Counted from the stretch's first letter, positions 1 through 10,411 are shown. The stretch is 64,000 nucleotides of DNA from an uncultured Candidatus Rokubacteria bacterium (GCA_963754315.1 CAVWFS010000005.1:1-64000); one strand, 5' to 3'. Notes: generated by a model not told the origin, from the letters alone. Numbers and translations: made by a program.

Positions 1-875
1 GACGGGGTCGGCCGAGAGTTCGATGCCGTCGGTGACCTTGGTGGGGTCAAAGATCAGACGGCGCTCGTCGGCCGCGCTGGTCGGCGAGATTCCCGTGAGC
101 TCCAGCCGACCGAGCATGTGGTCCGGCCGGCTCGCCGGCCACAGCGCCGTCGGGTCATCCGTGGGATCACCATCCGCCGCGACCTGCAAGACCAGCTGGA
201 AGACCACCGGACCGCGCATGAACCGCTCGATCAGCTCTTCACGCAGGAAATCTGGGCGGCGCTGGGCGGCCGCCTCGGCGGACAGGAAATTCTCGCCGGC
301 GTCCGGGACCCATCGGTAGCGGCCGAAGCGGCTCGAGCCATCGGCGGCGGCGAAGCGAAAGGCGTGGACGGCGTGGTACGTCGCCTGCGCGTAGCTCGCC
401 GGGACCGGTTTCTTCATCAACCGCTCCACGAAAGCCCGCGCGGCCGGATGGCCTTCCAAGAAACGGGGACCGCATCCGGCACCGGGTTGCCCGTGGCCGG
501 ATCCGGCAACCGCGCCTGCAGAAACGCCAGAAACTCTTCCGGCGTCCGGGCCGGGAAGCCTTCGATGGAGTGAGCCAGGATGTCGGTCTGCTGCCCGCCA
601 GCCAGCTGAAACTTCACCGACAGCGCTCGTGCGCTAGGTTGGCCGTCGGGTACGTCGGGATCTCCGCTCGCATTGGAGAATCGGGCCACCACCGGGACCG
701 GTTGACCCCTGAAATGCTCGGCTCGGCTCATCCGCTGGGCATCCGCGGACGCCCGGAAGGTCCCCGGGCCAACGATCCCCTTGGCGTGGGCGGGACGATA
801 GCCCGGATGCGAACCGGCCAGCTTGCTGAGCACGTCGACAAGTCGCTCGGGAACGTTCTGGGGGGTAGATGACAC
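1..875 (-). CDS. Catalase-related (SrpA-like) heme peroxidase; frameshift near 460, runs off the window start
   Basis: ORF 417..875 has HPGYRPAHAKG and VVARFSNASG. After a frame change it reads PASYAQATYHAVHAFRF...DPTDDPTALWP...LIFDPTKVTDGIELSADP, the typical C-terminal half. Confidence 0.85.
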
Positions 876-994
876 GGGTGGCTCCTTTCCGATCCTCCGA
901 CCTCACCATCAGGCTACAGTAAGTCACGGGGAGGCGACAGTGAAGTGGTCCGGGACCACCTACATCTGCAAGGCCCGCTGAGGGACGTGATCGC

Positions 995-1183
995 GTGAGC
1001 GCGGGCGCTGCTGCCGAGAACCGACACCTGCGCGCCCAACTGTTCAGGGCGAACCAGGAGATCGCCGAGCTCAAGGCGCGAATCGGTCACCTGCAACGCG
1101 AGATCGAGGAGTTGCGGGCGAGGCTCTCGCAGCGAACAGCACCTTCGCCCCGCGATCCTACCGCCCCCCGCTCAGGAGAGTGA
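995..1183 (+). CDS. Small coiled-coil hypothetical protein
   Basis: 62 aa ORF with a heptad pattern (NQEIAELKARIGHLQREIEELRARL) and a GAGGGA upstream. Confidence 0.35.
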   Translation: MSAGAAAENRHLRAQLFRANQEIAELKARIGHLQREIEELRARLSQRTAPSPRDPTAPRSGE

Positions 1184-1534
1184 CCATGCTAACCGCTTGC
1201 TGGTCTGGTTCCTCTTTCTCGCCGCGACGGCGGTGCCGGCTGCAGGCCAAAGCCCGATCCGGGTCGATGGAACGGTCATGTGGATTTCGGGCCAAACCCT
1301 CACGCTTCGATCGGATGTGCCGTCGGCACCTGGATATCAGATCATTGGTTAATACGCAGTGCCCGTCCGGGACCTCACCGGACCGTCACCTGCGATCTCC
1401 ACCAGCTCGCGCAGAGCGATTACGCCTATATGCGGGAGGGCGAACGCGTGAGCGTCATCGGCGTGGTGTCCAGCGATGGCCGTCGCCTCATCGCAACGTC
1501 CATCATCCGTGACAGCGATCAGCAGACGCCATAG
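1180..1534 (+). pseudogene. Small exported hypothetical protein, disrupted
   Basis: Signal-like N-terminus, then IRVDGTVMWISGQTLTL and MREGERVSVIGVVSSDGRRLIATSI in different frames. Confidence 0.3.
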
Positions 1535-1592
1535 GCCCGGTTCGGGTCGATCAGAGACCGGGCGAGGTACCGTAGACACGGCCACGTCTCAC

Positions 1593-4158
1593 TCAATCTC
1601 CATGCAACCAACCCATCCGGCGATGGACGCGGCCGCCCATCGCGATGAGCGCCTCGGCCGCCTCATCGACGAACACCGCGAACAGGCCAACCTGGAACCC
1701 AGCCGACTTTCGCGTGCCCGTCGCCGACCCGGTCCCGAGTCCCATGCGAAGGTCGCTGCTGACATTCGTGTGCGGCGTCGGCACGGCAATCAATTCCCGA
1801 TCGGTCCGAACAGTGAAGCTGCCACCGCTCCCGCGGTCATAGCCGGCGACGGTAAGGTAGTCGCCGCGCGCGTGATAGTTGTAGGAGCCGCTGTGGGTCA
1901 CGTTGTCAATCGTCGCGTGCATGAGCCCTTCGGCCGTGAACCACACGTTCGGGCCCCCGCCTGGGCCCGTCTCGCCGGATCCGAGCGCGCACAAGTACTC
2001 GTTGTCAGCGGTCAGCGTGACGTCGCCGTGATGAATGAGAAACGCCACGGAATGGACCCGCGGATCGATCTCGGAGTGCGCCGGAGGGCCAGGCTCGATC
2101 AGGTAGAACTGCTGATTGATCGTCGCGGACGTGAACTGCGCCCACTCTTCGTCGAACCCGTCGCGTGCCTGCCGGTAGAGCGGCGCCGCGTGTGACTGCA
2201 TGTTGATGGGCCGAAGACGCCGGTTGCAGTCGTAGATCGATCCGCTCGCTCCCGGTCGACGAGCTGACCGCCGTCTCACCGAACCGATACCAGCACCGCG
2301 GCACAATCCCGAGCACACGGACCCAGTCTGCCTCCGTCACCGGCTTCTGCCGCGGCGGATTGCCATCGATCACGTCGATCAATGCTCGGTTCTCGTTGTC
2401 GCCGGTATGCCGGTAGGCGGCATCGTAATTCGACGGAAGCTGAGCCGTGAACAGGGCCCTCCGGTCCTGCGACGAGACCGTCGCATGGCAGATGAATCCC
2501 ATGTTGACACCTTGCCGCGGCTGAAACCGAATCCGATACGGCGCGTCGTCGCTCTGCTTGCCGAGGTCACACGCGGAGATGATCAGCGGTCCGTTTCCGA
2601 AGTAGCGAATGCACTCGCCATCGACGGGCGGGGTCGGGACGTGGTGCTTGATGCCCGTCAACTCGATGTGCGTGCGGTCGATCAATTGCGAGTCCTGAGT
2701 GAACGTGGGCATGTCCAACAGCCGGGCGCTGCCCTCGGAATGCACGCCGTTGACCACAATCGGGCCATTTGACTGGCGCGTCAGATACAGATCGGCAACC
2801 TGGTTCTCCATGATGGTGCCGCCGTACACTTTGAAGCTCCCGGGTCGATACACGCCCGGAGGGTCGTTCGGGTGCCGACGCGCCGTGTTGATGCCAATCT
2901 GACCCGTGTCGCGCCCCTGGACGATGCAGCCGGTGAAGACATGGGCCAGCGACTGATCTCCTTGGATGACGATGCCGGAGTCGGTATAGCCCTGAATCTG
3001 GACCTTGGTCAGGCGGTGGTGATCGTTCTTGTCCTTCGCCTTGTCGTCATCGGGCTCATCCGGTTGCAGGATCGGATCCCAGACGATCTGGATACCATCC
3101 TTGCCTTGCCCGTCCAACTTGAGGAACAGGTGCTCGAGAAAGTTCTTGCTCGACAACTGGCCAGTCACCGTCCCGGAGCCGTGGAGCGCGTCCTGGCTGT
3201 TGTAGAAGCGGACGGCCGTCAGTAACGTTGCCGCCTCGTACACAGAGATCGTGCCGGTCGCCGGCGTCGCCGGGTTTCCCCTCACGTCGTACGTGAACCG
3301 GTTGGAGTCGACGACCGTGGTCACTTCATGCCGGCCGTTGTAGGCGCCCTGGTCGGCGCCGAAGACGTAGACGATCTGGCCGACGACAAGACCGTGGTCA
3401 GCGCTGGTCGCCGTGGCGACGTTCGCGACACGTGTCAGCTCCGAAACGCTCTTGCGCGTCTCGGGGCGCTCACCGACTTCCAGCGAGAAATGGCCCAGGC
3501 CGCAGTCCTGACAACGATTGAAATCGAAGGCGGGGCGATCGCCCGGTCCCCGCCACACAAAGCGCGTGGCGCGCGCACCGTGACCGACAAGCTCTTGGCC
3601 AGCAATCTGCTGGAACTTGATGGTGTCCGACAAGTAGAAGGGGCCACCCTGCGGCAGCAGGAGGCGCCCACCCCAGCCGCCCTCCTTCACCAATGCAGCA
3701 AGTTTGGCGTTGAGCTGTGCGGTAACGTCCGTGCCCTCGGCGAACGGCTGGGTCTTGTACTCGATGACCAGGTTGTCAATGATGAAGTCGTCAATGTCGC
3801 CCTCGCTGGCGCCGCTCGCATTGCGCGACTCGACATGGAGGGTGTTACCGAACTCCTTCAAGCCATGGTGCCGTTCTACAAGCAGGATGTTGCCGTTCCA
3901 CGTGTTCCTATTGGGGCTCGCGGGAAGCCCCCCGAAGACGTCGATCTCGTTGATCCGGAGGACGTTTCGCGAGTGGTCGACGTCCCGCGATTGAAACATC
4001 AGGACGGCGGTCTCGGTGGAATCGACATTCGGGCAATCGAACGAAACGTCGAGGGCTGCGCCGGCGAACGGCACGCCGGGTTCGATATCGTTGAAGACGC
4101 CTGGTTGATTGCCGAAATGCCGTCGTTGACGAAAGATGACGGTGAAGTCGCCGGCCAT
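1593..4158 (-). CDS. Large multidomain protein: N-terminal beta-sandwich, pectin-lyase-like beta-helix with inserted FCCH-like module, beta-rich C-terminal domain (frameshift near 2270)
   Basis: ORF 2005..4158 has GGRLLLPQGGPFYLSDTI..ELVGHGARATRF (beta-helix start) and ATATSADHGLVVGQIVYVFGADQGAYNGRHEVT (FCCH-like). It continues in ORF 1593..2318. Strong RBS CAGGAGGA upstream. Confidence 0.6.
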
Positions 4159-4190
4159 GGGGCTCGTCCTCCTGCTGGTGCAAGATGTGA

Positions 4191-5330
4191 TTAGGGTCCA
4201 GGGCGTATGTACCGTACCCCCCTCCCCGTCGCCCCGACACGCTGGAGGAACCCAGCCGCAACGAGGGTCGCCAGGTCCCGCCGCGTCGTCTCGCGCGAGA
4301 CGACGAAGCGTCGCATGAGGTCCAGTGGACGCACCGTCCCCCTGGACACAGCAAGCTCGAGCGCAGCCCGCTGCCGAATGTTCATCGCTTCCGGACCGAC
4401 GATCTCCGACGTGGGCTTACAACCACGCCAGAATGGCTCGGCTCCCAAGCTCACCTTGGGCCAGAGATGCCGAGCCTGAATCGGGCGGGCGCCCGCGAAG
4501 ATGACCGCACTACTCAGCGTCTGCTCCAGCTCTCTCACATTCCCCGGCCAGCTGTGGTGCTGCAAGGCTCGTCGTGCTTCGGCTGCGAGCACTGGCCGAG
4601 GTCGGTCATGGCGTGCGCTGGCGACTTCCAGGAAATGCTCGGTGAGGAGCGGGATGTCCTCTCGCCGCTCCCGCAGCGGCGGGACCTCCAGCACCACCTC
4701 CCGCAGCCGATCGTGGAGGTCGGCTCGGAACTCCCTCCGGGCGATCGCTCCGTCGAGATCCTGGTTGGTCGCCGCCATCACCCGGACGTCCACCCGCTGA
4801 GCCCGCCGCGCGCCAATCGGCGACACCTCCCGTTCCTGCAGGAACCGCAGGAGCATGGCTTGCCCCACCGCTGACAGATCCCCGATCTCATCGAGGAACA
4901 GGGTCCCGCCGTGTGCCGCAGCGAGCAGCCCCTCCCGCCGCTCGTGCGCCCCCGTGAATGCCCCCCGCTCGTGGCCGAACAGCTCGCTGGCGAGCAGCTC
5001 ACCGGGGAGCGCCGCGCAGTTGACCTTGATGAACGGGCCAGCGCTGCGCCGGCTCCCCTCGCGGATCGCATCCGCCACCAGCTCCTTGCCCGTACCCCGT
5101 TCCCCCAGGATCAGCACCGTGGCCTCGGTGGGCGCGACCACCTCGATGCGACGCAGCAACGCCAGCAGGACAGAACTCCGGCCGATCATGCGGCCGCTTC
5201 GCCAGCTCAGCCCTTCGGGCTGGCCCCCCCGCTCTGGTGGAGGGTCAGCCTCCGCTCTCATCCGTACCGGTACCAGGAGGGTTGCACCATCAGAGCGGGC
5301 GCGCGCGGCGCGCCGGCGAGCCATCCCCAC
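4191..5330 (-). CDS. Sigma-54-dependent transcriptional activator (bEBP) with C-terminal DeoR-like HTH
   Basis: Walker A GERGTGKE, SELFGHERGAFTGA, LFLDEIG, WPGNVREL. C-terminus VSRETTRRDLATLVAAG. Start uncertain. Confidence 0.9.
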   Translation of the reverse strand: MGMARRRAARARSDGATLLVPVRMRAEADPPPERGGQPEGLSWRSGRMIGRSSVLLALLRRIEVVAPTEATVLILGERGTGKELVADAIREGSRRSAGPFIKVNCAALPGELLASELFGHERGAFTGAHERREGLLAAAHGGTLFLDEIGDLSAVGQAMLLRFLQEREVSPIGARRAQRVDVRVMAATNQDLDGAIARREFRADLHDRLREVVLEVPPLRERREDIPLLTEHFLEVASARHDRPRPVLAAEARRALQHHSWPGNVRELEQTLSSAVIFAGARPIQARHLWPKVSLGAEPFWRGCKPTSEIVGPEAMNIRQRAALELAVSRGTVRPLDLMRRFVVSRETTRRDLATLVAAGFLQRVGATGRGVRYIRPGP

Positions 5331-5397
5331 CGAGGTGCTCGTGTTGGATCTCCCGGTCTCGAAGGGTTGTCAGGTGTGAGAAACTCCCTTTTGGCTC

Positions 5398-6177
5398 TTA
5401 CAGACCGAGCCGCTCCTTCAGTGCCCGCAACCGGTCGCGCGCCACGTCCAGCTCCGTGCCGTCCTTGAGGCGCATGACCGTGTCCCGCCCAACGTGCTCG
5501 GGAATCAGCTCAGCATGAGTGAGGCTCACGATGCACGCCCGGTGGATCCGCACGAACCGGGCGGGATCCAAGCGCCGCTCCAGGTCGTCCAGCGAGAGGT
5601 CCACCAGATACCGCTCGCCCCTCGGCGTGACCGCGAAGACGAGCCGGTCGTCGGCCACGAAGTGCGTCACCTCCCCGATACCCACGATCTTCAGACTGCC
5701 ACCGACGCGACCCCCCACGTGCTCGAGCCGGCCCGTCGCTCCCGGCCACGTGCCCGCCTGAAGGTACCGCGCCACCTGTTCGGCCATGGCCCGAGCCCCC
5801 TGGCGTGTCGGGTCCCCGAGCCGTCCCTCCAGCCGGGTGAGCGCTTCCTCCAGAAGAGCGGGCCCGATCGGCTTCAGCAGATAGTCGACCGCGTTCAGCC
5901 GAAAGGCTTGCGCCGCGTATTCGTTATAGCCGGTGATGAACACCACGAGCGGGTTGCCCGGCAACCGGCGCGCCAGCTCGATCCCCGTCATGCCCGGCAT
6001 CACGATGTCCAGAAAGGCCACATCCACCTCGGCCCACCTCGGGAACGCCAACGCCTGGTCCCCGTTGGTCGCGGTGCCGACGACCTCCACCCTCCCCGTC
6101 TCCTTCAGCAGCCGCACGATGCTCCGCAAGGTCCCCGGCTCGTCGTCCACCACCATCGCCCGCAGCCGCGTGCTCAT
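5398..6177 (-). CDS. LytTR-family response regulator
   Basis: REC motifs MVVDDE, FLDIVMPGMTG, AVDYLLKP; LytTR motif RFVRIHRACIV. ATG at 6177 overlaps the kinase stop. Confidence 0.92.
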   Translation of the reverse strand: MSTRLRAMVVDDEPGTLRSIVRLLKETGRVEVVGTATNGDQALAFPRWAEVDVAFLDIVMPGMTGIELARRLPGNPLVVFITGYNEYAAQAFRLNAVDYLLKPIGPALLEEALTRLEGRLGDPTRQGARAMAEQVARYLQAGTWPGATGRLEHVGGRVGGSLKIVGIGEVTHFVADDRLVFAVTPRGERYLVDLSLDDLERRLDPARFVRIHRACIVSLTHAELIPEHVGRDTVMRLKDGTELDVARDRLRALKERLGL

Positions 6178-7346
6178 GGTCGCCCCTCGCCCAGGATCGA
6201 GAGCGGCAGTCGGATCGTCACCATCGTTCCCTCCTCGCGTCGATCGACCGTCAGGCCCGCCGTGGCACCAAAGACCGCCTCCAAGCGCTGCCGCAGCGTG
6301 TCCAGTCCGTGCCCCGCGGGAATTGCGTCCAGGCTGAACCCCGGTCCGTCGTCCCACACACCAAGCTCGAGCGTGGTCTCCACCACGCCCCCCGTGACCC
6401 GCACGCGCGTTGCCTCCGACCGGCGCTGCGCCACGTGCAGCACGCTGTTCTCCACCACCGTCTGCAGCGAGAAGGGAGGCACCGCGTACCAGTGCAGCGC
6501 CGGGGGCACGTCAATCGTGTAGTGCAGCCGCCCGAAGCGCGCCGCTTGGATCTCCAGGTACGCGCGGGCCATCTCCAGCTCGTGCTCGAGCAGCACCGCC
6601 CGCTGATCGCGGCGCTCCAGCGCGAAGCGCAGCAGGGTCGCCAGCCGCTGCACCATCTCATCCGCCTGGACCGGATCCTCGTGGATCAAGTCCACGATCG
6701 TGTTCAATGTGTTGAACAAAAAGTGCGGCTCCAGGCGCGCCTCCAGCGACGCCAGCCGAGCCTCGGTGGCCAGCTGCTCCGCGCGCGCCTGCGCTAGCTC
6801 CGCCGTCTGCTGGGCCAGAGTCGCCTCTGCCCGCGCCAGCTCGGCCGTCTGCTGGGCCAGGGTCGCCTCTGCCCGCGCCAGCTCGGCCGTCTGCCGCGCC
6901 GTCGTGGCCTCGGCCCGCTCGGCCCGCGCGCTCTCGTGCAGCGCGATCGCCACCCCGAGGCTCAGCGCCACCACCGCGGCAATCCCGAGGCTCGGCCAGA
7001 CGACCTGCCAGAGCTGGCCGCTCGGCAACACGCCCAACCATGTCGCGCCGAGACCAATCATCAAGGCCGCCACCGCCGCCATCCCCAGCAGCACCGTGGG
7101 CAGCACGAACCAGGGTCGCCCCCTGCCCCGCGCGGCCAGCCACCGCTTCAGGGGCGGGAACACCAGGGTGAATCCCACCCCGATGACATTCGCGTTCACC
7201 AGCGCAATGACCATCGTGGAGATGAGAGGTTTGCCAGCGAGGACGATTACGGCCCCCACCGACACGGCGACGACAAGATTGATTGAGAAGACTCGGCGCC
7301 ATTGCCGTGGCGAGAGCCCGCCGAACGTTCGTGGGGGACGTGTCAT
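6174..7346 (-). CDS. LytS/YehU-family membrane histidine kinase
   Basis: About 4 TM helices; LEARLEPHFLFNTLNTI, VPPFSLQTVVENSVLH, WDDGPG, GHGLDTLRQRL. Confidence 0.9.
   Translation of the reverse strand: MTRPPRTFGGLSPRQWRRVFSINLVVAVSVGAVIVLAGKPLISTMVIALVNANVIGVGFTLVFPPLKRWLAARGRGRPWFVLPTVLLGMAAVAALMIGLGATWLGVLPSGQLWQVVWPSLGIAAVVALSLGVAIALHESARAERAEATTARQTAELARAEATLAQQTAELARAEATLAQQTAELAQARAEQLATEARLASLEARLEPHFLFNTLNTIVDLIHEDPVQADEMVQRLATLLRFALERRDQRAVLLEHELEMARAYLEIQAARFGRLHYTIDVPPALHWYAVPPFSLQTVVENSVLHVAQRRSEATRVRVTGGVVETTLELGVWDDGPGFSLDAIPAGHGLDTLRQRLEAVFGATAGLTVDRREEGTMVTIRLPLSILGEGRP
6796..6920 (-). repeat. In-frame 42-bp tandem repeat (about 3 units, ARAEATLAQQTAEL)
   Basis: Unit agctcggccgtctgctgggccagggtcgcctctgcccgcgcc recurs with period 42; the third unit is degenerate. 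Confidence 0.85.
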
Positions 7347-7559
7347 CGGCCCTTCATCGACCGTGCGCGGGATGCTAGCATGGGGGTCGCTTCCTGAACG
7401 ATTCGGTCGATCAGCTCGGGGCGTCTGTGGTACGCGCGACGTGTTCATGGGGCGTGTCCTCCTGTGATTCCGGAGGGTGCCCCGAGATCGTAACCATCGA
7501 GTCGACAATCGTACGAAAGGCCCAAAATCGACGCTGAATCGGCATTCACTTTCAGTGAA

Positions 7560-7960
7560 AGTCGTCTTCGGTGGCCCTAACTGCCGATGACGTCAGCAGT
7601 TGGACCGGGCGACCGTCTCCGTTCTTCGAACTAACGCTTCACAGAACGTGACCCTCGGCACCGGCCAAGGGAGTTCCATTTCATCGAGGGGCCCTCGCAG
7701 GTCTACTTCGAATCCCAAGTGCAAGTCGGACTTTCGACCCTGACCTTCACAGACGGTTCCACGATCGTCATCTTCTTTGGGGGCACGTCCATTCCCGGCC
7801 CCACACCGGCGGACGTGACCTTTGAGGGCAACTGGACAGTCGTGTAGGAACGGGCCGCTTCAGGGGCGGGCGCGGCGCTGGGGCATATGAAGGCTCCGCC
7901 AGTGGCTCCGCGGGGATTCTGTTCCTCGACGGCACGCTGAGCGATCCTCGAAATCACTAA
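7560..7960 (+). pseudogene. Degraded beta-barrel protein remnant (dirigent/allene-oxide-cyclase-like GGTGRF motif)
   Basis: Plus frame reads STLTFTDGSTIVIFFGGTSIPGPTPADVTFEGNWTVV*, then GTGRF...YEGSASGSAGILFLDGTLSDPRNH* in shifted frames. Confidence 0.35.
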
Positions 7961-8064
7961 TCACGGCCACGTATCTCTGAAGCCACACCCGAATTGCTTG
8001 GACATAACCGACGGGCACGGGTAGGATCCGTCGCCATCGGAACCTGACTGAAGGAGGAGCACTC

Positions 8065-8979
8065 ATGCCCTACCGAATTTCGCGCCTGGGGCTTGTCGAG
8101 ATTCGCAGTCTCGATCTCGATCGCGACCTCGACTACTACCTGAATGTCCTGGGGCTACAGCTGACGGCGCGCGAGGGCAAGACCGCCTACATGAAGGGCT
8201 GGGATGAGCGGCACGCATACTCCTTTGCTCTCACCGACTCCGATCGCGCCGGGATGGTTCGCATGGCGTTTCGCACGGTGGACCCGGAAGATCTCGACTA
8301 CTACGAGAAGCGGTTGAAGGACTTCGGCGTCAAATACGATGTGATCCCAGAGGACTACCGACGGGGGCGGGCCCTCCGCTTTACGGCGCCGTCAGGCCAC
8401 ACCGTGGAGTTGTACAACGAGATGGACTACACGGGAAACGTCCTCCCCACCGTGAATCCGCCGCCGTGGCCCGAGGGGCTGCGGGGCATCGCGCCGCCCA
8501 GGCTCGACCACACGCTGGTGACGGCTCCCGAACCCCAGAAGGCAATCGAGTTCTTTCAGACCGTCCTCGAGTTTCGCGTGAGCGAGATGCTCGTGGCTCC
8601 CGATGGCACGACGATCGCGGCCTGGCTGTGGCAGCGGCCCGCTCCGCATGACATTGCCATCGTGCCCGGGAAGCCCGGGGGCTTTCATCACGCCGCGTTC
8701 GTCGTGGACTCCGCGGACGCGCTGTTCAGGGCCGCCGACGTCTTGGCGATGCACAAAGCCCGGATCGACTACGGACCAGGACGCCACGGGATCACGCGCG
8801 GGACGACGATCTATTTCTTCGATCCTTCCGGCAACCGCCTGGAAACGTTCGGGGGGTATACCGCGTATCAGATGGATCCGGACTGCCGAGCCATCCGGTG
8901 GACACAGGACCAGATCGGGCCGGCCGTCTTCTACTATTCGCAGGAACTGAACGAATCATTCTTGAGCGTGTACACGTAG
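8065..8979 (+). CDS. xylE: Catechol 2,3-dioxygenase (extradiol, VOC fold)
   Basis: RLDH, HDIA, FHHAAF, GPGRHGITRGTTIYFFDPSGNRLE; RBS AAGGAGGAG. Confidence 0.92.
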   Translation: MPYRISRLGLVEIRSLDLDRDLDYYLNVLGLQLTAREGKTAYMKGWDERHAYSFALTDSDRAGMVRMAFRTVDPEDLDYYEKRLKDFGVKYDVIPEDYRRGRALRFTAPSGHTVELYNEMDYTGNVLPTVNPPPWPEGLRGIAPPRLDHTLVTAPEPQKAIEFFQTVLEFRVSEMLVAPDGTTIAAWLWQRPAPHDIAIVPGKPGGFHHAAFVVDSADALFRAADVLAMHKARIDYGPGRHGITRGTTIYFFDPSGNRLETFGGYTAYQMDPDCRAIRWTQDQIGPAVFYYSQELNESFLSVYT

Positions 8980-8983
8980 GACG

Positions 8984-9349
8984 TTGTCGCCATCGCCGTC
9001 CGTGGAGCGAAGCGACGAGACCCCGTACACGATCACCCTGAGCCCGGTCGGCGTCACCATCCCGTGTCGCCCCGGGGAGACCGTGCTGACCGCTCTCCTC
9101 GGATCAGGGGCGAGTGTCAGGTTCGGCTGCCGAGGTGGCGGCTGTGGCACGTGCAAGATGCGCATGACCTCTGGCGAGGTCGAACACGGGCGCTGTTCCA
9201 CCGCGGTTCTCCTGGAGGAAGAGAAGGAGTCCGGCTGGTTCCTGTCGTGTCAGGCACGTGCCCTCAGTGATCTCACGATCGAGCTGACGGCGGCCAACAA
9301 GTATCGTGTGCTGACCTGGTGGCGCGGGCCGCCAGCGACGGCTTCGTGA
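8984..9349 (+). CDS. Plant-type 2Fe-2S ferredoxin (XylT-like)
   Basis: GCRGGGCGTCK and LSCQARALSDL; adjacent to the dioxygenase. Confidence 0.88.
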   Translation: MSPSPSVERSDETPYTITLSPVGVTIPCRPGETVLTALLGSGASVRFGCRGGGCGTCKMRMTSGEVEHGRCSTAVLLEEEKESGWFLSCQARALSDLTIELTAANKYRVLTWWRGPPATAS

Positions 9350-10185
9350 CGAAAGCGCTGGAAGTCCACGATCTCGACCACCAAGATCATCGCCGACAGC
9401 GTGTCGATGCCGCGGAAGCAGCGCCGCCAGCCCACTGGGGTCCGATAGGGCTCAGTGTCCGCGCGGGCGAGGATCTCCTTGTCCAGCTCGGCCTGGCGCG
9501 CCAGGGCTTGCTCGAGCGCGAACAGCGAGGCGTCGAAGGCGCGCTGCAAGGCGGGCACCGCGACCCCTTGCTCCCGAATCCAGCGCCAATGGCCTTGAGT
9601 CCAGTTCCGCCCGCCGACGTACAGCCGTCCGTGGCGGGCGAGGAGCTTCAGGACCCGCTGGCGCCAGCGCAGCACGTCCCGTCGGATGTCGTCCCGGCAA
9701 CGCAGCAGGTCCCGTGCCCCCTCCTCCCTCTCATCGGGCACGTGGATCGGCGTCAGCTCGCCCGCCCGGAACAGCCGCACGAGCTTGGCGGCATCGCGGC
9801 GATCCGTCTTGATCCGCGGCCCGGGGCGCCGGGGGGTCAGGGCGGGGGCCATCACCTGACACGCCACCCCGAGCGCCGTGATCGGCCGATAGAGGTCGTA
9901 CCCCGACACCCCGGCCTCATGGCAGGCCCCCACCGTCCCCTCGCGCGTGAGCCGCTCGAACACGCGGCGGACGTGGTGGGGCGCGTTGGGGATCTCGCGC
10001 AGCTCTGGCTGCGTCGCGTCCGGCCGCAGGATTCCCGCCACGATTTTCCGCTTGCTGTCGTCGAGCGCCACGTACGTAGTACCCTTCTCCATGACCGGCC
10101 TCCTATCGCCTGTGGCTCTGTTCCTGCCGGGAACAACCCACGACTATCCGATACGGCAGGCCGGTCCTTCCATAGTGTCTAGACT
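9350..10185 (-). mobile_element. Truncated IS110-family element (transposase from 10092, C-terminus lost)
   Basis: YVALDDSKRKI, CHEAGVSGYDL, IKTDRRDAAKL, FRGIDTLSAMILVVEIVDFQRF, ending abruptly at the ferredoxin stop. Short non-coding end at 10093-10185. Confidence 0.85.
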
Positions 10186-10371
10186 CATGCCGCCACCTCG
10201 CCCGAGAATGTCATCTCCAGCCAAGCAGCCTGACGGTGAGTCCCGCGAAATGGACATGCGCTTCTGGCTGGAACAAGCCGAGGCCGAGATGGTGGCCCTG
10301 GACTCGGTCTTGTCGCTCCCCCCGCTCCCCGGCCTCGCTTGCGGGCTGTACTACTGCTAGATAGACTGACC

Positions 10372-10386
10372 ATCCTATAGTAGGAT
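10372..10386. promoter_or_regulatory. Palindromic operator upstream of TA operon
   Basis: ATCCTA-TAG-TAGGAT inverted repeat in an AT-rich patch, 25 bp before the antitoxin ATG. Confidence 0.55.
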
Positions 10387-10411
10387 TCAGAGACCTAGAC
10401 GGATCACACCG

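Noticed and set aside
7981..8000. Sigma-54 promoter upstream of xylE
   Set aside because: TTGCT is present but the -24 position is not GG.
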